This document shows positions 35,013 to 47,000 of a stretch of 64,000 nt of DNA, piece by piece. Made by a program: the position numbers and the translations under genes. The stretch lies in the NCBI RefSeq assembly GCF_000142905.1, contig NW_013657648.1, positions 134,289 to 198,288 on the forward strand, given 5' to 3'. Each line of letters opens with the position of its first letter. Position 1 is the first letter of the stretch. The DNA comes from Thecamonas trahens ATCC 50062. Taxonomy: Eukaryota; Protista; Apusomonadida. The notes below the pieces were generated by a model. That model was not told where the DNA came from, ran no database searches, and saw nothing but the letters and a program-made list of their open reading frames with translations.

Positions 35013-36461
35013 CTACACCCACACATTATCGACGACCAGAGTCACTCCGCAAACGTACACGAGGATTCGGAACAGAACCTCGGTCGGGAGATCCGTCAGC
35101 GTCACCCGCTGCAGTGCTGGGTCCGCGCCCGCGTCGACGGCGTCGCGCTCGATGGCAGCCGCGTCAGCTTTCTGCTTGAGATACAGGATGAACCGTGCGG
35201 TCCGCGCCACATGTGGCGGAAAGGCATGCGAGCGCTCTGGACGCCACTCGCACCACTGCGGGGGTGCCAGGATGCGCATCTCCTCCCATTGCGACGACCA
35301 CGCCACAAGCGCCCCGCTTGTCGTCGGCACCACCGCCATGACCTCGGCATCAAGACGGTACCGCGGCCGCAGCCGCCCAACGCGCGCTCCGGTTGCGCAA
35401 GACGGATAGATCGAGAGCAGCTCAACATCACCACTGGCGGTTCCCACGGCCGCGAACACGCCCTCGGGTGAGAAGCATGCTGCGAACACTGCAGCGCCCG
35501 CGTCATCCGCTGGCAAGCTCGCCACGCTCACAACCTTGCCATACTCGCACTCGAGCCGCAGAAGGCTCGCGCCCGCATCGGTGCCGAGCACAACCTCAAC
35601 TACGCCCTCGTCATCCCGCGAGATTCGCGCCGCAATGGCCTCAACCAGCGCCGAGTCGGGTAGGACGTGTTCGCAGTGCAACGTGAGCTCCCACTCCAGC
35701 GTCATGCCGCTCGCAATGCTGCTACCCGCAACCTGCGCCGTTATCTGCCACACTTGCAGCTCGATGCCCTGCCCCACCACACTGAGCATTCCCCGCACTC
35801 CGTCTGACCATGAGCCCGGGACCAGTGGGAGCTTCGCCAGTGCGTTGATCCGCCCAATCCCGGCGCGCGCCTCCGCCACCCACACCGCCGACTCGGGTGC
35901 GGTCACATCCGCCATCGCCATCTTGCCGCTCGACGACGCCGCAACCGCCAGTACCATTCCAGCTTCCGTCACCACCATCTCCAGTGCCGTTGGCATGCCA
36001 AATCCAACTGGAAGTACCAGCACCCAGTCGGCGTGGACGTAACGGAGCTCGGCGTCACTCTCATCATCATGTGCGGGCGCCCAGACCACGTCCCACGCCG
36101 TCAGCACGCCCGAGTCCAGCACAGCCCACACCCGATGTGCAAGTCGCGCAGCTCGTCGGCGGCCGACAACCGACGCTACCGCCCTCGCCACCCCCTGTGC
36201 CGCCGGGCCGTCAGGCACTACCATCTGGGACGCGTGCACCAGGCCGCCCCCTACAGCGTCCACTCTGCACAGCTTCAGGCCCATCGCCGACGCCACAACC
36301 ACCGCCACAACACCCTTGCAGGGCAAGCCGCCCTCTCTACCGGTCATTCCTGCACCCAGCTCCCCCACCCCATCTCTGCAGCTCTCGCCAGCCTCGATCG
36401 CAGCCGGCTCGACAGCCGCCATGGGCGTCACCTCGCAAGCGTCAAAGACCCACGAGGCCAT
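35013..36461 (-). CDS. Divergent WD40/beta-propeller protein with a C-terminal F-box-like motif
   Basis: AVFAACFSPEGVFAAVGTASGDVEL (WD-like); terminal LTDLPTEVLFRILVYV. Confidence 0.7.
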   Translation of the reverse strand: MASWVFDACEVTPMAAVEPAAIEAGESCRDGVGELGAGMTGREGGLPCKGVVAVVVASAMGLKLCRVDAVGGGLVHASQMVVPDGPAAQGVARAVASVVGRRRAARLAHRVWAVLDSGVLTAWDVVWAPAHDDESDAELRYVHADWVLVLPVGFGMPTALEMVVTEAGMVLAVAASSSGKMAMADVTAPESAVWVAEARAGIGRINALAKLPLVPGSWSDGVRGMLSVVGQGIELQVWQITAQVAGSSIASGMTLEWELTLHCEHVLPDSALVEAIAARISRDDEGVVEVVLGTDAGASLLRLECEYGKVVSVASLPADDAGAAVFAACFSPEGVFAAVGTASGDVELLSIYPSCATGARVGRLRPRYRLDAEVMAVVPTTSGALVAWSSQWEEMRILAPPQWCEWRPERSHAFPPHVARTARFILYLKQKADAAAIERDAVDAGADPALQRVTLTDLPTEVLFRILVYVCGVTLVVDNVWV

Positions 36462-36511
36462 ACTCTCCAGCCAAGACGCTCACCGCACAGCAGCAGCACG
36501 CGCCTCACACG

Positions 36512-36557
36512 GCCAAGTTGAACCCAGGCGTGGTGCCAAGTTGAACCCAGGCGTGGT
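36512..36557. repeat. Perfect 23-bp direct tandem duplication (gccaagttgaacccaggcgtggt x2)
   Basis: Direct reading; lies between divergent starts 36461 and 36945. Confidence 0.9.
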
Positions 36558-36944
36558 ACCTTACACGGTCCTGTCACACCCTCCTTCCGCTCGGTGGACT
36601 CCTTCTGTTCCTGCCTGTCTTGTCACCACAGTCGACCGCCTTCCACGCTGCTTCCCGCCCGAGTGCGAATGGCAAGCGCTCGCTGGCCACCAACACCTCA
36701 CGACCGGTGATTGGACAGGTGGGATAGGGGGGAGGTCGAGGCGAGAAGCGAGAAGCGAGCGAGAAGCCGGTACAACTTTGCTCTTGTACTGCTTGGCACG
36801 CCTTGATCCTCTGCGACTCGGTGGCTTGCCAGAGGTCTTTGCCGCTCCGTTTGAAGACGTGTGCTCGTCGGCCTGTTGGCCTCTCCGTCCGCACCCCTGT
36901 TACCCGCGTGCCTTGTTGTGCCCGTGCCCATCCTCCGCCACAGC

Positions 36945-39900
36945 ATGGATGCACCACCGCTGACCCGTGCACCGCGCGCCGCAACCCAGCCCGCTCGCTC
37001 TCTCGAGACTGCGCTCGAGGACATGCGTGGCGAGGAGAAGGCGCCGCTCGAACCCGAGTCATCCGAGTCGGTCTTGGGTCGGGACGGCCTCGCCCCGGTC
37101 ACCGAAGCTGACCTGGCCAAGGCTCAGGGCGAGCTCGCACGGCACCAGGCCGAAGTAGCGCGGATGAAGGAGCTGGTTCGCCGAAAGCAGGCTACTGAGG
37201 ACAAGATGCGTGCCGCACAGCTCGAGGCCGCCATTGCTGAGGCTGGCCGCCGCATGAACGGCGCGCAGGCCAAGCGCACGGACCTTGCCAAGGAAGTCGC
37301 TGCCCTGCAACGAGCCAAGGCCCAGCGCGAGCGCGAAGAGAACGTCATGGACTCTGCGCTGGAGGACAAGGAGCTAGAGAACCAGGCTGAGCTCATGGCC
37401 CTGCATCGGGTCCGACTCGAGGAGGTCCGAGCCGAGAAGGAGCGCATGGCCCGCGAGCTGCGAGTCCGACAGTATGCGCTCGAGTCAATCCAAGAGCTCA
37501 AGACCAACGACACGCTGCTCTACGCTGGAACGATGAAGCAGCTGCTGGCCAAGGCCGACCTCCTTGCTGAGGAGCTCGAGAATCAGGCCGCTGGTGACGA
37601 CCGGCTCGCGGCGTACGCCAAGGAGCTGGCCACAGAGCCCGAGGGTCGCGACGGCTTCCGGGTCATCGACGATGTGCTCGTCCAGCGCGCTGCTGCGCGG
37701 TCGCGCAAGGCTCGCTCCACGGTGGCAAGCACCAAGAAGCTTAACGCAGAGCGGGCCGCGCTGCTGGAGAAGCGAAAGGCACTGATGGCATCCAAGGCTG
37801 AGCACAACGCCATTGTCTCCAAGGGTCTCGATTTTCTGGTCGAGATGGAGCTGGGCAACGCTCCGCCACGCGAGTTTATCCTCTCAAACATGGAGCTCTC
37901 CGAAGCCGACTTTGGCGAGCCGCTCCGCCCTGGCTCGCGCCGCGGCCGACGCGGGCCGGGCGAACCACTTGCCGATGCCGAAGTTGACGAAGAGGTGACG
38001 GCTACCGTCCGCCGCGTTGCCGAGCGCATCGATGCGGACGTGCAGCGGCTCGAGGCGCTCAAGGCAGACCATGCCTTGCTGCAGGCGGCGGCCACGCCGT
38101 GGACCTACTCGGGCGAGTGGGCCAAGGAAACGCTGCCGCCAGCATCGCAGCCACTTTTTGACGCTCTGGTCCCGATTGTGAACGCCATCGTGAACTCGGC
38201 ACTCGCGGCGTCGGCTGCCAATGCCCTTCCAGACATCGAGGTCCTCCGCGCAGAGCAGGCCAAGTGGCAGGAAGAGCAGGCTGCGCTCCTCGACCAGATG
38301 GTGGCCGAGGCCGAGGCCAATCGCGCACACAAGATTCTTGCCGACCTCATCACCGAAGTCGTTCACGAGCTCGCACTGGATCTATGGCACGAGATGATGG
38401 CCATCGATGGCCTTGCCGACTCCCTCTCTTCGGGCCTCATTGTCTCGGTCCTCGTCTCGCGCTTTGGCTCCTCGCAGCACGCGACCATGATCCGAGAGTC
38501 GCTGCAGGAGATCCAGCGAGCCAAGCTCAAGGCGAGGCCAACAACGTTTGTGCACAGGCTTAAGTTGCGTCCACGCGACGATGCGCGTGCAGCTGTCCGG
38601 GCAGCCGACGGTGCCTCGACGACCGCTGCCGCCGCTGCGCTCGCTGCTGCCGACTCGGACTCGGATTTCGAGTCGGAGTTTGCCGACGATCTCGACGTCC
38701 TCGACCTGGCCTCCATCCCTGTGGTACAGGTCCTTGCAGCGTACGCCGAGGCTGAGGCGTCGTACTGGTCGTTTGTTGACTTGCTCCCTGCCAACTTTGA
38801 CGTGGCGTCGGGCGGCGTGACGTGCTCGGCCTTTGCGCCGTCGGGCTCGCATCTTGCACTTGCGCTCTCGACCGGTACGCTCCGCGTGGTCAATATGGAC
38901 GAGGCGGGTAGCCCGATGCTGCTGCGTGAGTCCAAGTCTTCCTTTGCGCCGCCGGTCTCGCACATGGCGTGGTCGGCCGACGGTTCGCGGCTGCTGGTAC
39001 TCGATGCGCGCTTCAATCTCAAGATCTTCTCTATGCATCCGGATCCTGTGGCGGTAGCCGAGTCGTCCTCGGCCCGCACCGCACTGCGGACCAAAGACGG
39101 CGAGTTTGCTCTCCCACCGCTCACGCTCGTCGCAGCGCTACGTAAGAACCAGTTTGGCATCAGGGGCATGACCGTGCTGGACACGACCGATGGCGACGGT
39201 AACCTTGCAGAGGCCGAGGTACTGCACGCGGCAGCGGGCAGTGGGACGGCCAAAGCCAAAGCCAAGGCCAAGCGCAAGAAGCGCAAGGGCGAAGCTGGCG
39301 ATGGCCCAGGCGGGGCGGCCAGTGTCGCGAGCGGTAGCAAGCGGTTGCTCCCTGTCGCTGCGGCTGGCATCCGCGGTTCACCGTGCTCGGGACACAGCCG
39401 TCTGTGGTGGTAGCGCTCGCCTCCGGCGACATCCTGGTGGCTTCGTCGCCGCTGGCGGCGTCGGTGGTCTACCTCCCCCTAGTTGCGTCGCGACGAATGC
39501 TGCCGCTTGCAGGCCGGCTCAAGGCCGAGCTGTTTAAGGGTCACAGCTCGCCGCCGGTGGCAGTGGTCTTTCCATCGGTCGGCCCGACCATGATCTCGAT
39601 CGACGTCTCAGGCGTGCTGCACTTGTGGGACTACGCAGTGACGCAGCTCTCGGGCTTTGGCTGGTACACTCCTTCGCACTCGGTCAGGCTTGATCTTGTG
39701 GACGCGTCGTGGGCGCCTGCATCGTCGGCGCCGCCTCCGGTAGTCCACTTTGCCACCGAGTATGCGCTTGCACACGATGACTCGCTCCGCGTACCCGATC
39801 TCGACCGGTCGTCGATGCACGAGTCGATGCCGCAGGCGCTGGCGGAGCTGGCGGAGCTCGGCCTCGCCGATGAGCCGTGGCACTCTGCGCCGGGCTCGGG

Positions 39901-40765
39901 CGGGCTCACTCACCATGTCTACCGGCCGCGCGTGCTCCCCAGTCGTGTTGCCGTCTTTCACACTCTCACGTTTACCGACGGTAGCGTTCTCGTGGCGCAC
40001 CGGTCACAGCTCTACGCCGTCTCGCACAACCGCGGAGTGGTGCTCGACGCGCAGCTGACAGCTGCGCGCAACCAGCTCATTGTGCTTGTGCACATGCCGG
40101 CGCTCCTGCCGAATCCCGGGCGGGTCTTGTTTGTGATCTACGACCTGGCATCGGGCTCTCTCACGGCGCCGCTCATCACCCACGACCTCGGGTCGGAGCA
40201 CCTCGCGCACGGCTCGTTTGTGGTGAGCCCAGTGCTTGACGTCACCGGTGCCGACTATGTTTACGCACTCCTCAACAACGCGGTCCACGTGTTCAGCCTG
40301 GCGACTGGGCTCGCGGTCCGCGACCCGGTCCAGGTCTTTCCGCGCAACGACATGCGGCAGCTGTCGTCGATCTCGGTTTCGGCCGACGGCACGCTCCTCA
40401 CAGTGGCGTGTCCGACAGTCTCGACGCTGCTTGTTCTCCATGTCGAGGACAAGAACGGGCCAGGCGACCGGGCGGCGTTGGCGCGGACGGCGCCTGCGGT
40501 CCGGCGCAACCTGTGCCCGCCCGAGGCCCGCATCCGCAAGCACGTGTGGACGTTTTCTGCTGGTCCCGGCCAACCGGCGACGCCGCATGCGAACGCGCGC
40601 CGGGTCATTGCCTCGTGGGTGCAGGAGATGGTTGAGGCGGCGTGCGCGAGTGGCGGGGAGCGGCGTAGCGTGGCGCGTGAGCGGAGCGGCCGGCGGCGGC
40701 TGCGGCGGACCCGCACGTCGTCGTCGCGGACGGCGGGAGTGTCTAGCCCTGCAGCGAAGCCTTGA
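36945..40765 (+). CDS. Coiled-coil plus WD40 protein; frame break near 39364 (possibly another near 40690)
   Basis: ORFs 36861..39413 and 39383..40765 join as AAAWHPRFTVLGTQPSVVVAL. WD blades VTCSAFAPSGSHLALA, VSHMAWSADGSRLLV, LFKGHSSPPVAV..LHLWDY. Confidence 0.8.
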
Positions 40766-42617
40766 TGGCCTGCATCCGCTCGATGTCCTCGGACGAGAGA
40801 CCAGCCTGCGCAAAGTGGCGCTCGTCGAGTACCTGCTCTGAAGCAGCTTCATCGTCCGACTCGGTCCACACGTCGTCGCCCGGCGCGCCGAGCCCGCCAC
40901 CCATCACCACGTACTGCAGCATGGGGTCGGCCGGGATGACCGGAATGAGCAGCGACTCGTCGGGAAGGATAGACGCGCGGAGGACGTCAGGAGCGAGGAG
41001 CGGGACCGAGGCAGCGCAGCCCGAGGCGCTCGCGTGGGCATCAAACGAGCCGTTGGGCAGCGAGACGGCGCAGAACGGGCAGCGGCCGGCGGCCACCTGC
41101 CGCCGCACGTGGTTGACCATCTGCAGTCGCTGGTAAACGTCGGGAACGAGGCCGACCAGGCTGCCAAACTCGATGCCGTGGCCGTGGGCAAGGTGCTCGC
41201 AAGCCCCAACCGCGGTGGCGCACACCTTGTCACAGAGGAGGCACTTGGTCCGGGCATCGGCGGCAAGAGTGGGGTCAAAGTCGCCGTCGTCGTCGTCAAA
41301 GGTCTCCAGCTCGGCGTTGAGCGCGTCGTCGTCCGAGTCGGCGGCAGCGGCGAGAGCGGCCCCGTCGGACGAGCCGGCGGCGTCGCCGGTGAGCGCCATG
41401 GCAATGGCGCCGTAGTTGGCGGTGGAGAGCGCCTTGGACTCGGCAATGACGATGGCCTCGGCGGCGGTTGCCGAGTCCGGGCCGAGGACGAGGATGAGCC
41501 GTGAGATGAGCGGGTCGTCTTCCAGCACCGGCGTCAGGTTGGCCTCGGCATCAAAGAACCGGGTGCCGTGGGAGGCGACCTGGTCGAGGATCTGGGCCGG
41601 GCACGCCGAGTACCGCTCGCGGTGGCTGCGGATGTGGTTGACGAGCTTGATGGCCATGTAGACCGACCAGTCGTGGTCGGCGATGGCAGCGAGGAGGTCG
41701 ACGCCGTGGACATCGGCCATGTGGGCAAAGGCCGCGGCCGAATCGAGCTTGGTCGTCTCGCAGAAGAGGCACAGATCGCCAGGCTGGGCGTCGTAAACCT
41801 GGTCAGGCGCGTCGGCAGCAGCATCGGCAGCATTGACGTCGGGGGCGGCGGTGGTGGCGTCGTCGTCGTCGTCATCATCATCAGACGGCGACTTTGCCGC
41901 GTGCGGGGGAGCAGCCGGCGCCGATGCCGGAGGATCGGCCGGCGGCGGGCGGCAGACGCCGGCGTTGTCGATGAAGAACTTGTCGTACGCCGAGTTGGCC
42001 GGGTTGAGGGCCAGATGGCGCTTCTTGCGCATATGGTTGCGCAAGCCCTTGCGCGAGTCAAAGACGCGCTCGCAGCGGAGGCAGGTGAGCTCGTCGTTGA
42101 CGGCGGCGGCGAGGCGGGCCATGAGTTCCGGGAGGAAGACCAGGCTCTGACGCGGGCCGAGGCGCAGGCCGTGGACCGAGTCAAGGTGATCGAGGACAGC
42201 GGGCCACGAGGACATGTCGGCGCTGGTGGCGTTGCAGAGGAAGCAGCCGGCAAAGGGCGAGTCGGGCGCGGTGAGGTCCATGGCGTCCTCAGCCTGTTGC
42301 ACATCGGCAAGAGTAGCCAGGGCCCTGTCACGGAGCGCGGCGCGGAGCGCAGCATCGTGTGGAGCCTTGGGCGCAAGGAGGTAGTAGCGGGCATCGGCAT
42401 CGGCAGCCGTGGCGAGAACAAAGGCATGCGCCCGCAACGAGTCCTCCAGCGGAGCCTCGGCAAGGAGGGCCTTGTAATGAGCGAGGTACGACGGAAGGGC
42501 CGGAATGGTACGGATGGCGGCAACAGCAAGCGAGTGCTCAGCCATCATGTGCAAGGTCAGGGCAGGAATGTCCGCGCTCTCCACGGAGCAGGCCACACAC
42601 GGAAGCATGGTCGCCAT
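40743..42617 (-). CDS. ZNF277: C2H2 zinc finger protein ZNF277-like
   Basis: HGLRLG..LVFLPEL; CLRCERVFDSRKGLRNHMRKKRHLALNPANSAYDKFFIDN; CLFCE..HMADVHG..YMAIKLVNHIR; PVLEDDPLI. Confidence 0.85.
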   Translation of the reverse strand: MATMLPCVACSVESADIPALTLHMMAEHSLAVAAIRTIPALPSYLAHYKALLAEAPLEDSLRAHAFVLATAADADARYYLLAPKAPHDAALRAALRDRALATLADVQQAEDAMDLTAPDSPFAGCFLCNATSADMSSWPAVLDHLDSVHGLRLGPRQSLVFLPELMARLAAAVNDELTCLRCERVFDSRKGLRNHMRKKRHLALNPANSAYDKFFIDNAGVCRPPPADPPASAPAAPPHAAKSPSDDDDDDDDATTAAPDVNAADAAADAPDQVYDAQPGDLCLFCETTKLDSAAAFAHMADVHGVDLLAAIADHDWSVYMAIKLVNHIRSHRERYSACPAQILDQVASHGTRFFDAEANLTPVLEDDPLISRLILVLGPDSATAAEAIVIAESKALSTANYGAIAMALTGDAAGSSDGAALAAAADSDDDALNAELETFDDDDGDFDPTLAADARTKCLLCDKVCATAVGACEHLAHGHGIEFGSLVGLVPDVYQRLQMVNHVRRQVAAGRCPFCAVSLPNGSFDAHASASGCAASVPLLAPDVLRASILPDESLLIPVIPADPMLQYVVMGGGLGAPGDDVWTESDDEAASEQVLDERHFAQAGLSSEDIERMQAIKASLQG

Positions 42618-42695
42618 GGCGAGGGTGAGGTGTGAGACGTGTGGGGAAGGAGGAGAGGAGGAGAGGAGGAGGGATGGGGGGATGGGTGGGGGGGA

Positions 42696-43629
42696 NNNNN
42701 NNNNNNNNNNNNNNNNNNNNNNNNNNNNNNNNNNNNNNNNNNNNNNNNNNNNNNNNNNNNNNNNNNNNNNNNNNNNNNNNNNNNNNNNNNNNNNNNNNNN
42801 NNNNNNNNNNNNNNNNNNNNNNNNNNNNNNNNNNNNNNNNNNNNNNNNNNNNNNNNNNNNNNNNNNNNNNNNNNNNNNNNNNNNNNNNNNNNNNNNNNNN
42901 NNNNNNNNNNNNNNNNNNNNNNNNNNNNNNNNNNNNNNNNNNNNNNNNNNNNNNNNNNNNNNNNNNNNNNNNNNNNNNNNNNNNNNNNNNNNNNNNNNNN
43001 NNNNNNNNNNNNNNNNNNNNNNNNNNNNNNNNNNNNNNNNNNNNNNNNNNNNNNNNNNNNNNNNNNNNNNNNNNNNNNNNNNNNNNNNNNNNNNNNNNNN
43101 NNNNNNNNNNNNNNNNNNNNNNNNNNNNNNNNNNNNNNNNNNNNNNNNNNNNNNNNNNNNNNNNNNNNNNNNNNNNNNNNNNNNNNNNNNNNNNNNNNNN
43201 NNNNNNNNNNNNNNNNNNNNNNNNNNNNNNNNNNNNNNNNNNNNNNNNNNNNNNNNNNNNNNNNNNNNNNNNNNNNNNNNNNNNNNNNNNNNNNNNNNNN
43301 NNNNNNNNNNNNNNNNNNNNNNNNNNNNNNNNNNNNNNNNNNNNNNNNNNNNNNNNNNNNNNNNNNNNNNNNNNNNNNNNNNNNNNNNNNNNNNNNNNNN
43401 NNNNNNNNNNNNNNNNNNNNNNNNNNNNNNNNNNNNNNNNNNNNNNNNNNNNNNNNNNNNNNNNNNNNNNNNNNNNNNNNNNNNNNNNNNNNNNNNNNNN
43501 NNNNNNNNNNNNNNNNNNNNNNNNNNNNNNNNNNNNNNNNNNNNNNNNNNNNNNNNNNNNNNNNNNNNNNNNNNNNNNNNNNNNNNNNNNNNNNNNNNNN
43601 NNNNNNNNNNNNNNNNNNNNNNNNNNNNN
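42696..43629. other. Assembly gap
   Basis: N run. Confidence 1.
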
Positions 43630-43719
43630 GGCGGCGGAAGCCGGGGTGGTGGCCGCGGCCGCGGTCGCGGTGGCAGCAGCAGTGGCGAGCGCCCGACCAA
43701 GCGCTTCCGTCGCAAGTAA
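43630..43719 (+). CDS. 3' end of a small gene hidden in the gap: RGG-rich tail
   Basis: GGGSRGGGRGRGRGGSSSGERPTKRFRRK followed by TAA directly after the gap. Confidence 0.5.
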   Translation, partial: GGGSRGGGRGRGRGGSSSGERPTKRFRRK

Positions 43720-44082
43720 CAGACCTGTCCTCGTCACTCGCATCATTGCGGCAGAGTTGATGTGTGGTCTCTTGGTCCAATCCACCGCTCTGATGTGGCA
43801 GTAGCAGAGTGTGTGCGCGAGCTGGGTGAGAGCAATGCAGCCACCAGCTACCGGTGCATGCTATGGGTACCCGGTAGTTGCCTTCGCTGCTCTCTGCTCA
43901 GCTCGCGCACACCTCGAGCACACCTCAGCTCACGCACCGATTTTTTCGTTTTGCGAAGCACGTTGACTCCTGCAAGCTTTTCCGCGTGCGCATGCGCAGG
44001 CTCTCCCCCTCCCCCCCTCCCCCCCCCCCCCTCCGCTCTTCCCCCTCTCCGCCCCTCTCCACACACACTCCACTCGCTCACC

Positions 44083-47000
44083 ATGGCTGTATCTGGAAGT
44101 GGTTCGGGCTCGGGCTCGTCGTACTCGGACGAGGGCCGGTCGCAGCAGGAACCGCTGGCGCCATGGGTGCCCAAGCAGCGGCGGGCCTTCCTCGGCTGGT
44201 TCAACGCGAAGCTGGCCGGCGCCGGCTCGCCGCTGGCCGGCTCGGTCACCACTCTCCGGGCGCTCTCCGACGGCGTGGCACTCGGCGCTCTCGTCCCGCA
44301 TCTGGTCGCTGGCCGGGTCTCAGTCGGCCGCATCGCTCCGCACCCGCGGCTCAAGATCCAGAAGATGGCCAACATCTCGGCCGCCCTCGACGCCCTCGAC
44401 GCCGACGGCGTGCCGGTCACTGCCGCTGCAAGCGATGTCTACGCTGGCAATGTCAAGATGGTGCTGGGCCTGCTGTGGGTCATGATCCTCAAGTACCACA
44501 TCAAGTCAACCGCAGACGCCGCCGCTGCAGACGGCTCGGACGCCGTAGATACCGACGACGGGTCCGACGGCGCCGCCGCGCCCGGGAGCCGCGTCTTGCG
44601 CTCTGGCAAGTCGGCCAAGGCCGATCTGCTGGCCTGGGTCCGGGCTCAGGTTTCCGCTGTCGACCCGGAGCTGGACGTCGCTGACTTTGGCCCAGCCTTT
44701 CAGGACGGCCGCGTCCTCGCCGCCCTCACCGCCCGCTTTGCACCCGACGCCACCACTTACGCAGAGCTGGTCGGTGACAGCTCTAGCCCGATGGCCATCG
44801 TCGAGGCCGTCCTCCGCATCGCACACACCCAGCTCGGCATTCCCGAGCTCATCGAAGCCGCCGACGTCGTCGAGGACCCGGACCCGTTTTCCATCATGAC
44901 ATACGTCACCTACTTTCGCGGCGCAGAGGCCGCCCTCCGCAAGGGCAAGCTCGCCCACTCGGCCGACGAGTTTGCAGCCCTCGAAACTCGAGTTGCCTCG
45001 CTCGAGACCGAGCTCGAGGCCGAGACCTCGCGCGCCCGCAGACTTGCCCATGAGGTCCAGGCCTCCCATCTGACCGCCACCGCCGCCGCCGACGCCCACG
45101 CCAAGCTGCAGGAGAGCAAGGCGAGCTTGCAGCATGCGCTGACAAGTACCAAGGCCGAGGCCGCCGCCCTGGCTGCCTCCAAGGCCAGGCTCGAGGCTCG
45201 GCTGGAAGTCGCCGAGCATAAGGCTGCGCTTCTCCCGGTCCTCTGCTCCGCCCTCGACATCGATCCGGGCGTACTGGGCGACGGCCTTGCGGCGCTGCCC
45301 GACGCTGAGGCCGACAGTAAGCTGGACGCTGCCAAGACCGCCCTGGCTGCATGGCAGGCGTCGACGCCGTCGGCTGCCGTCTCGTCACTCGCTGCTGGAG
45401 ACGCTGCCGACGAGACCGGCGACGAGGTGAGCGGTGGCCGTCGCGGCCGGACTCGAACTCGGACCCTCTCGCTCTCGCACCCGTACCAGAACGCCGCGCG
45501 ATCGGTCGCCGCCGCGGTCGGCTCGGTGCTGGAAAAAAGACTGCCATTGCGGCGGCAGCTGACAAGGGCGTGGGCATGGGCTCGATGCTCGCCATTGCCG
45601 ACCGCATCAAGGCCTCAGCGGTCGCCGCGCGTCGGGCCGGGAGCCGTGAGCTGCCGGCCGCGCCTGGTGAACTGGTCATCGACCTCCATGCCCGCGAGCG
45701 CGAGCTGCTGCAGACGCTGTTGGCAACCGGGCGGATCGAGCTTGCACCGACCGACGACCTCACCGCCATCACAGGCCTCGACGAGGCCGGCAACCGAGCT
45801 GGTCCGTGCTGCATGTATGAAACACTCATGCATCGCGTCCACGCTGAAGTTCGCGAGCTCCACGCCGAGTACGCCGCGCTGGCCAAATGGTCGACGGCAC
45901 AGGTGGCCAAGCTCGGGACGTCGGCCACCGCGCTGGCGGCCGACGGCATGAACGACCTCGCCGATCAGGTCGCGTACTGGCGGGCCGCTGCCGCCGATGC
46001 TAACGCCGCACTGCGTCTGGAGCAAGCGCGCACTCTCCGCGCCGCCCAGCTATTCAACGGCATGGAGGCGTTCAAGGAGAATCTGCAGCTCCGGCTGTCG
46101 TCGACCGAGAGCTCGATGGATCTCCTCCGCAAGGCGACGGACCTCAACGCATCGGCGTCGGGCGGCATGCTTGGGACCAAGCCCGCTCCAGCTACCACCG
46201 TCTCGGCCGTCCTCAACACCCGCAAGGTCAAGAACCGACGGACCGCCGCCGAGCAAGCGCTAGCCGATGAGGTCTCGCAGCTGACCGGCTCACGCCGCGG
46301 CGCATACTTCAAGTACGGCTATCTGCTAAAGCGCGAGAAGCGGCGCAAGACATGGACCAAGCTCTGGCTCACGCTCACTCCGTTCCATCTCGAGTATCGG
46401 AACAACAAGAACGACCAAGAGCCACGCGGCCGCATCGCCCTTGAAGGCTGCGTCGTTAATGAGGTCTCCGGCTCGCAAGCCTCCACCATCGGCATCCCCA
46501 ACACTGCCATCCCGGCCTTTTGCATCCACCTACGCATGCAGAACCGCAAGGACTACTACTTTCTGGCCGAGTCGCTCGACGAGGTCGCCGAGTGGAAGAA
46601 TGGGCTTTCGGTCAACATTGCCGTCAACGAGTCGCTCAAGACCATGGTGGCCAACGCGCGCTCCTGCGACGATTCGCGCATTCTGGAAGCCTTTCGCAGC
46701 AAGACGTCGAACTCCTCGCCCTAGACAACCGTCCGCTTGGCATGCGAGAGATGGTTGCCGTCCAGATTGCGCTCTCCATGGGCGACCACTTTTACCAGCT
46801 CCGCACTGTCTCGCTCCGCAACGCTTCGCTCGGACCCGATGAGATCGCCATCGCTGCCACCGCCCTCGGCGAAAAGTCGACCCTGCGCGTCCTTGATGTC
46901 TCAGGCAACCGCCTTGGTGACAAGGGCATCACCACTCTCTGCAATGCCCTTGGAAACTCGAGTCTGCAAGAGCTGGCGTGTGCCCGAAACGCGATCTCCG

